DNA of 23,035 nucleotides from Histomonas meleagridis 2922-C6/04-290x. Lineage: Eukaryota; Protista; Parabasalia. The position numbers and the translations under genes were made by a program. Below the pieces are notes generated by a model. That model saw only the letters and a list, made by a program, of their open reading frames with translations. It was not told the DNA's origin and did not search any database. Below, one piece after another: positions 20,554-23,035 of the stretch (positions are counted from its first letter, which is position 1; each line of letters begins with the position of its first letter). The stretch lies in NCBI GenBank assembly GCA_020184695.1, contig JAANOX010000209.1, forward strand, positions 1-23,035. The letters run 5' to 3'.

Positions 20554-21501
20554 ATGTCATTAACTTTTGATGTAAAATCTTTGGTAAAAATGCTTCGACC
20601 AAGAAGGCAAGTTCTTTATGCACCATCGTCTGAAGTCAAAAAACTTGAAAAAGCTTCAAAATTAAGCAATTTGGATACAGTTGTTTTTGATTTAGAGGAT
20701 GGCGTTTCTACTACAAAAAAGGAAATTGCAAGGAAAAATCTCGTTGATTATTTGAATTCAAAACCTAAGATTATTCCAGAACTTGCTATACGAACAAATA
20801 ATTTCAATTCATATGATGGAATGAAAGATCTTAATAAAGTATTTCTTGATCCGGCAACATCTAAGAGAGTTCAAGTTTTAATCATGCCAAAGGTTGAAGA
20901 TGTTAAAGAAGTTCATTTTGTAGAAAGATGGCTCCATTTCAATTCACTTGACCATATTAAGATTTTGGCCATGATTGAAACTCCTCGTGGTCTTTCAAGG
21001 GTCAATGAAATTTGCGCTGCTTCAAAGAAACTTGATGGTATAATTTTTGGTTCCGAAGATTATAGGTCAGCAGCAGGAATATCTCATCAAGCTGGTGACA
21101 CTGGTATTCTTTATGCAAGGTCTGCCATTGTAACAGCTGCCAAAGCTTATGGCTTACAAGCTATTGACATGACATCTCTTGATTTCAAACATCCTGAAAA
21201 TGTCACAAAAGATGCCATTGAATCACGAAGGCTCGGCTTTACAGGCAAGCAAGTTATTCATCCAATGCAAATTGAATGCGTTAATAAAGCATTTACACCA
21301 AGTCAGAAGGAAATGGACGCATCATTCAAAATGGTAACTGGTTTTGTAAAGAATTACATCGTAGATGGAAAAGGAGTTATTGGCGAAAATGGTATTATGA
21401 TTGAGTTACCTCATATTACTGATGCACTTAAAACCCTTATTCTTGGTGGGAAAACAGCTGAAGAAATACAAGCTGAAATTGATTTGATTACTAAACTATG
21501 A
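20554..21501 (+). CDS. citE: CitE-like lyase (HpcH/HpaI aldolase-citrate lyase beta family; CLYBL/malyl-CoA lyase-like)
   Basis: LYAPSS, VVFDLEDGV, IMPKVED, MIETPRGL, FGSEDY, GLQAIDM and GFTGKQVIHPMQI motifs. Inr TCACA at 20536-20540. Substrate not determinable from sequence. Confidence 0.87.
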   Translation: MSLTFDVKSLVKMLRPRRQVLYAPSSEVKKLEKASKLSNLDTVVFDLEDGVSTTKKEIARKNLVDYLNSKPKIIPELAIRTNNFNSYDGMKDLNKVFLDPATSKRVQVLIMPKVEDVKEVHFVERWLHFNSLDHIKILAMIETPRGLSRVNEICAASKKLDGIIFGSEDYRSAAGISHQAGDTGILYARSAIVTAAKAYGLQAIDMTSLDFKHPENVTKDAIESRRLGFTGKQVIHPMQIECVNKAFTPSQKEMDASFKMVTGFVKNYIVDGKGVIGENGIMIELPHITDALKTLILGGKTAEEIQAEIDLITKL

Positions 21502-22036
21502 TTAAAATCAAAAAGAATTTTAATGAATTTCATGAAACAGATTTCATGAATTTTTACAAAAAGTATATAACAATTACCAATAATGTTAATCAGCTACAGC
21601 CATCCAAAAGACTTGTTGTAATTCTTTATTTTTTTTAATTTGAATATATGTTCTTGATTACTTATATCTACTAAAAAAAAATTTTTTTATTTTGCATTAG
21701 CCCATTTTAACAAAGCAACTTCAATTATCTAATAGTGAAATATTCACTAGGTTTATGTGAATAAACACTTGGGATTTAGTTTCAAGAAAATCAAAAACAC
21801 AAAACATCGGGGTGGTTTGTGTTGGAACGAAATGGTCTCACTTTTATTTACACCACTTTTTGTATAATTTACATAAATATCGGGTGCCCGAAAAAATAAC
21901 CATCGCTATACTCATACTTTTTCAACACAATATTTTGACGACTGAAATTAATTAAAAAATTTATTATGTCAAAATATTAATAACTTTTTCAATGGTTAAT
22001 GTTAAATATAAACCATTCAATTAAGCTAAATTCACT

Positions 22037-22112
22037 CGACGATAGATATACGATAGAACTTTTTGAACATATTCAAATATGTTCAAAAAGTTCTATCGTA
22101 TATCTATCGTCG
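22037..22112. repeat. Perfect palindrome: 37-bp arms with a 2-nt centre
   Basis: 22037-22073 (CGACGATAGATATACGATAGAACTTTTTGAACATATT) is the exact reverse complement of 22076-22112. The centre is CA at 22074-22075. Confidence 0.96.
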
Positions 22113-22322
22113 GCCTGTACCAACACGAGAATTAGTTCGTGGGTTGGGACTTCACCAACGGTTATGATCGTCGGATTATAGAATTGTTATTTTGGACCTG
22201 AATTGGACAACCATGACGGTTGTGGTCCAACAAGTTCATAACAACCAACAACCAAAGCTTATACAAACAAGCTTGGTGAAAGCTCAGTAGTTATACAAAC
22301 AAAAGTATTAATTTCATATTGT

Positions 22323-23033
22323 TTATTCGATGTAAACAATATCTGCATCAATTTGCCCATTATAATGTCCCATTGTATTCCATGCATTTAATGGGGTTAA
22401 TGGAAAATGGAATTGTTTTTTTAGGCTTGAATGCAGCCATACATTGTTATATTCAGTGATGATTAAATCAATATATGGTATATCAAGAATTCTTCCTGCT
22501 GCACGGGCTTTTTCGAGAGTACTCCAGAATCTTTCGATCTTTCCATTCTCTTCTGGTGTGCGCGGATGAGTTCGAAAGCATTCTATTTATTTCTCGTCAA
22601 GCACATGTTCGAACTCCTCACCAACAAACTCACCTCCATTATCGATTGTGATTGTTTTTGGCTTTTGCGTTTCTTCCAAAGCATGAATAAGTGCAAGTGC
22701 AGATGCAATAGATGTTTTTTCATCTATCTCTTCCCAATGCACAACATATCTAGAACAATCATCTATGAATGCAATCAGATAATATTGAATATTATTGATT
22801 TTGCTCAAGTAATAGATCTCAGTGTGCCAGAGCTGACCAACATACTTTGCATAAAATCTTTTTTGATGCATTTTTTCTTGTTTTTTCCTTCGAAAGCAAT
22901 ATAGATTATTTTTTGAGAAAATTCTTCTTACATTTCGCTCAGTTGTTAATATACCTCTTGTAATTGCTGCTTGTGTGGTTCTATGAACACCAACATGGAA
23001 TAAATTTTTATAATTTAAAACGAAATTTACACA
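22323..23033 (-). mobile_element. IS481-like (IS481EU-type) DDE integrase/transposase, interrupted; 5' part outside the window
   Basis: The minus frame is open from the window end (...HRTTQAAITRGILTTERNVRRIF...), through QLWHTEIYY, YLIAFIDDCSRYVV and TIDNGGEF. After an in-frame TAA at 22587-22589 it continues IECFRTHPRTPEENGKIERFWSTLE...EYNNVWLHSSL to a stop at 22323-22325. These are rve core motifs. Element termini not identified. Confidence 0.85.
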
Positions 23034-23035
23034 CA

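Noticed and set aside
21967-22003. TGT-starting candidates for the transposon terminus (21967, 22000)
   Set aside because: The other end is outside the window, so no TIR or TSD can be verified.
21999-22181. 60-aa ORF spanning the palindrome
   Set aside because: No recognisable motif; likely a chance ORF.
217-22589. Stop-codon reassignment suggested by in-frame TAA (217, 22587) and TGA at a Trp position (10105)
   Set aside because: TAA terminates Ran, Myb, amylase and the transporter, and TGA terminates the CitE-like gene and paralogs 1 and 2. Trp is encoded by TGG throughout. Isolated nonsense changes explain the data better.
22566-22904. 112-aa plus-strand ORF
   Set aside because: Antisense shadow of the integrase.

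Overview
AT-rich eukaryotic genomic DNA. A parabasalid (trichomonad, Tritrichomonas-like) origin is inferred from TCAYW initiator elements just before ATGs, one intron with GTATGT...ACTAACACATAG ends, DUF3447-type ankyrin and SNT-stalk surface-protein families, and an IS481-like integrase. In order: a disrupted 3' gene fragment; Ran GTPase; a three-repeat Myb; a secreted GH13 alpha-amylase; three paralogous type-I membrane proteins (one on +, two on -); an ARM-repeat gene head-to-head with an intron-containing amino-acid transporter; a Cdc20/Cdh1-type WD40 protein; a degenerate ankyrin gene; a CitE-like lyase; a perfect 76-bp palindrome; and an interrupted IS481-like transposase running off the window end. 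The most unusual points are (i) the three surface-protein paralogs, with diverged N-termini but DNA-identical stalk/TM regions (including an ~800-bp inverted repeat), each broken by a different lesion; (ii) AT-rich inserts lacking usable GT-AG ends at the same position in three ankyrin repeats, with a 13-mer at fixed spacing; (iii) the 37-bp-arm palindrome beside the transposase; (iv) a 35-bp bidirectional promoter built on a dyad of two initiators. All analysis was by eye and no database searches were run. Several lesions could be assembly or polishing errors.
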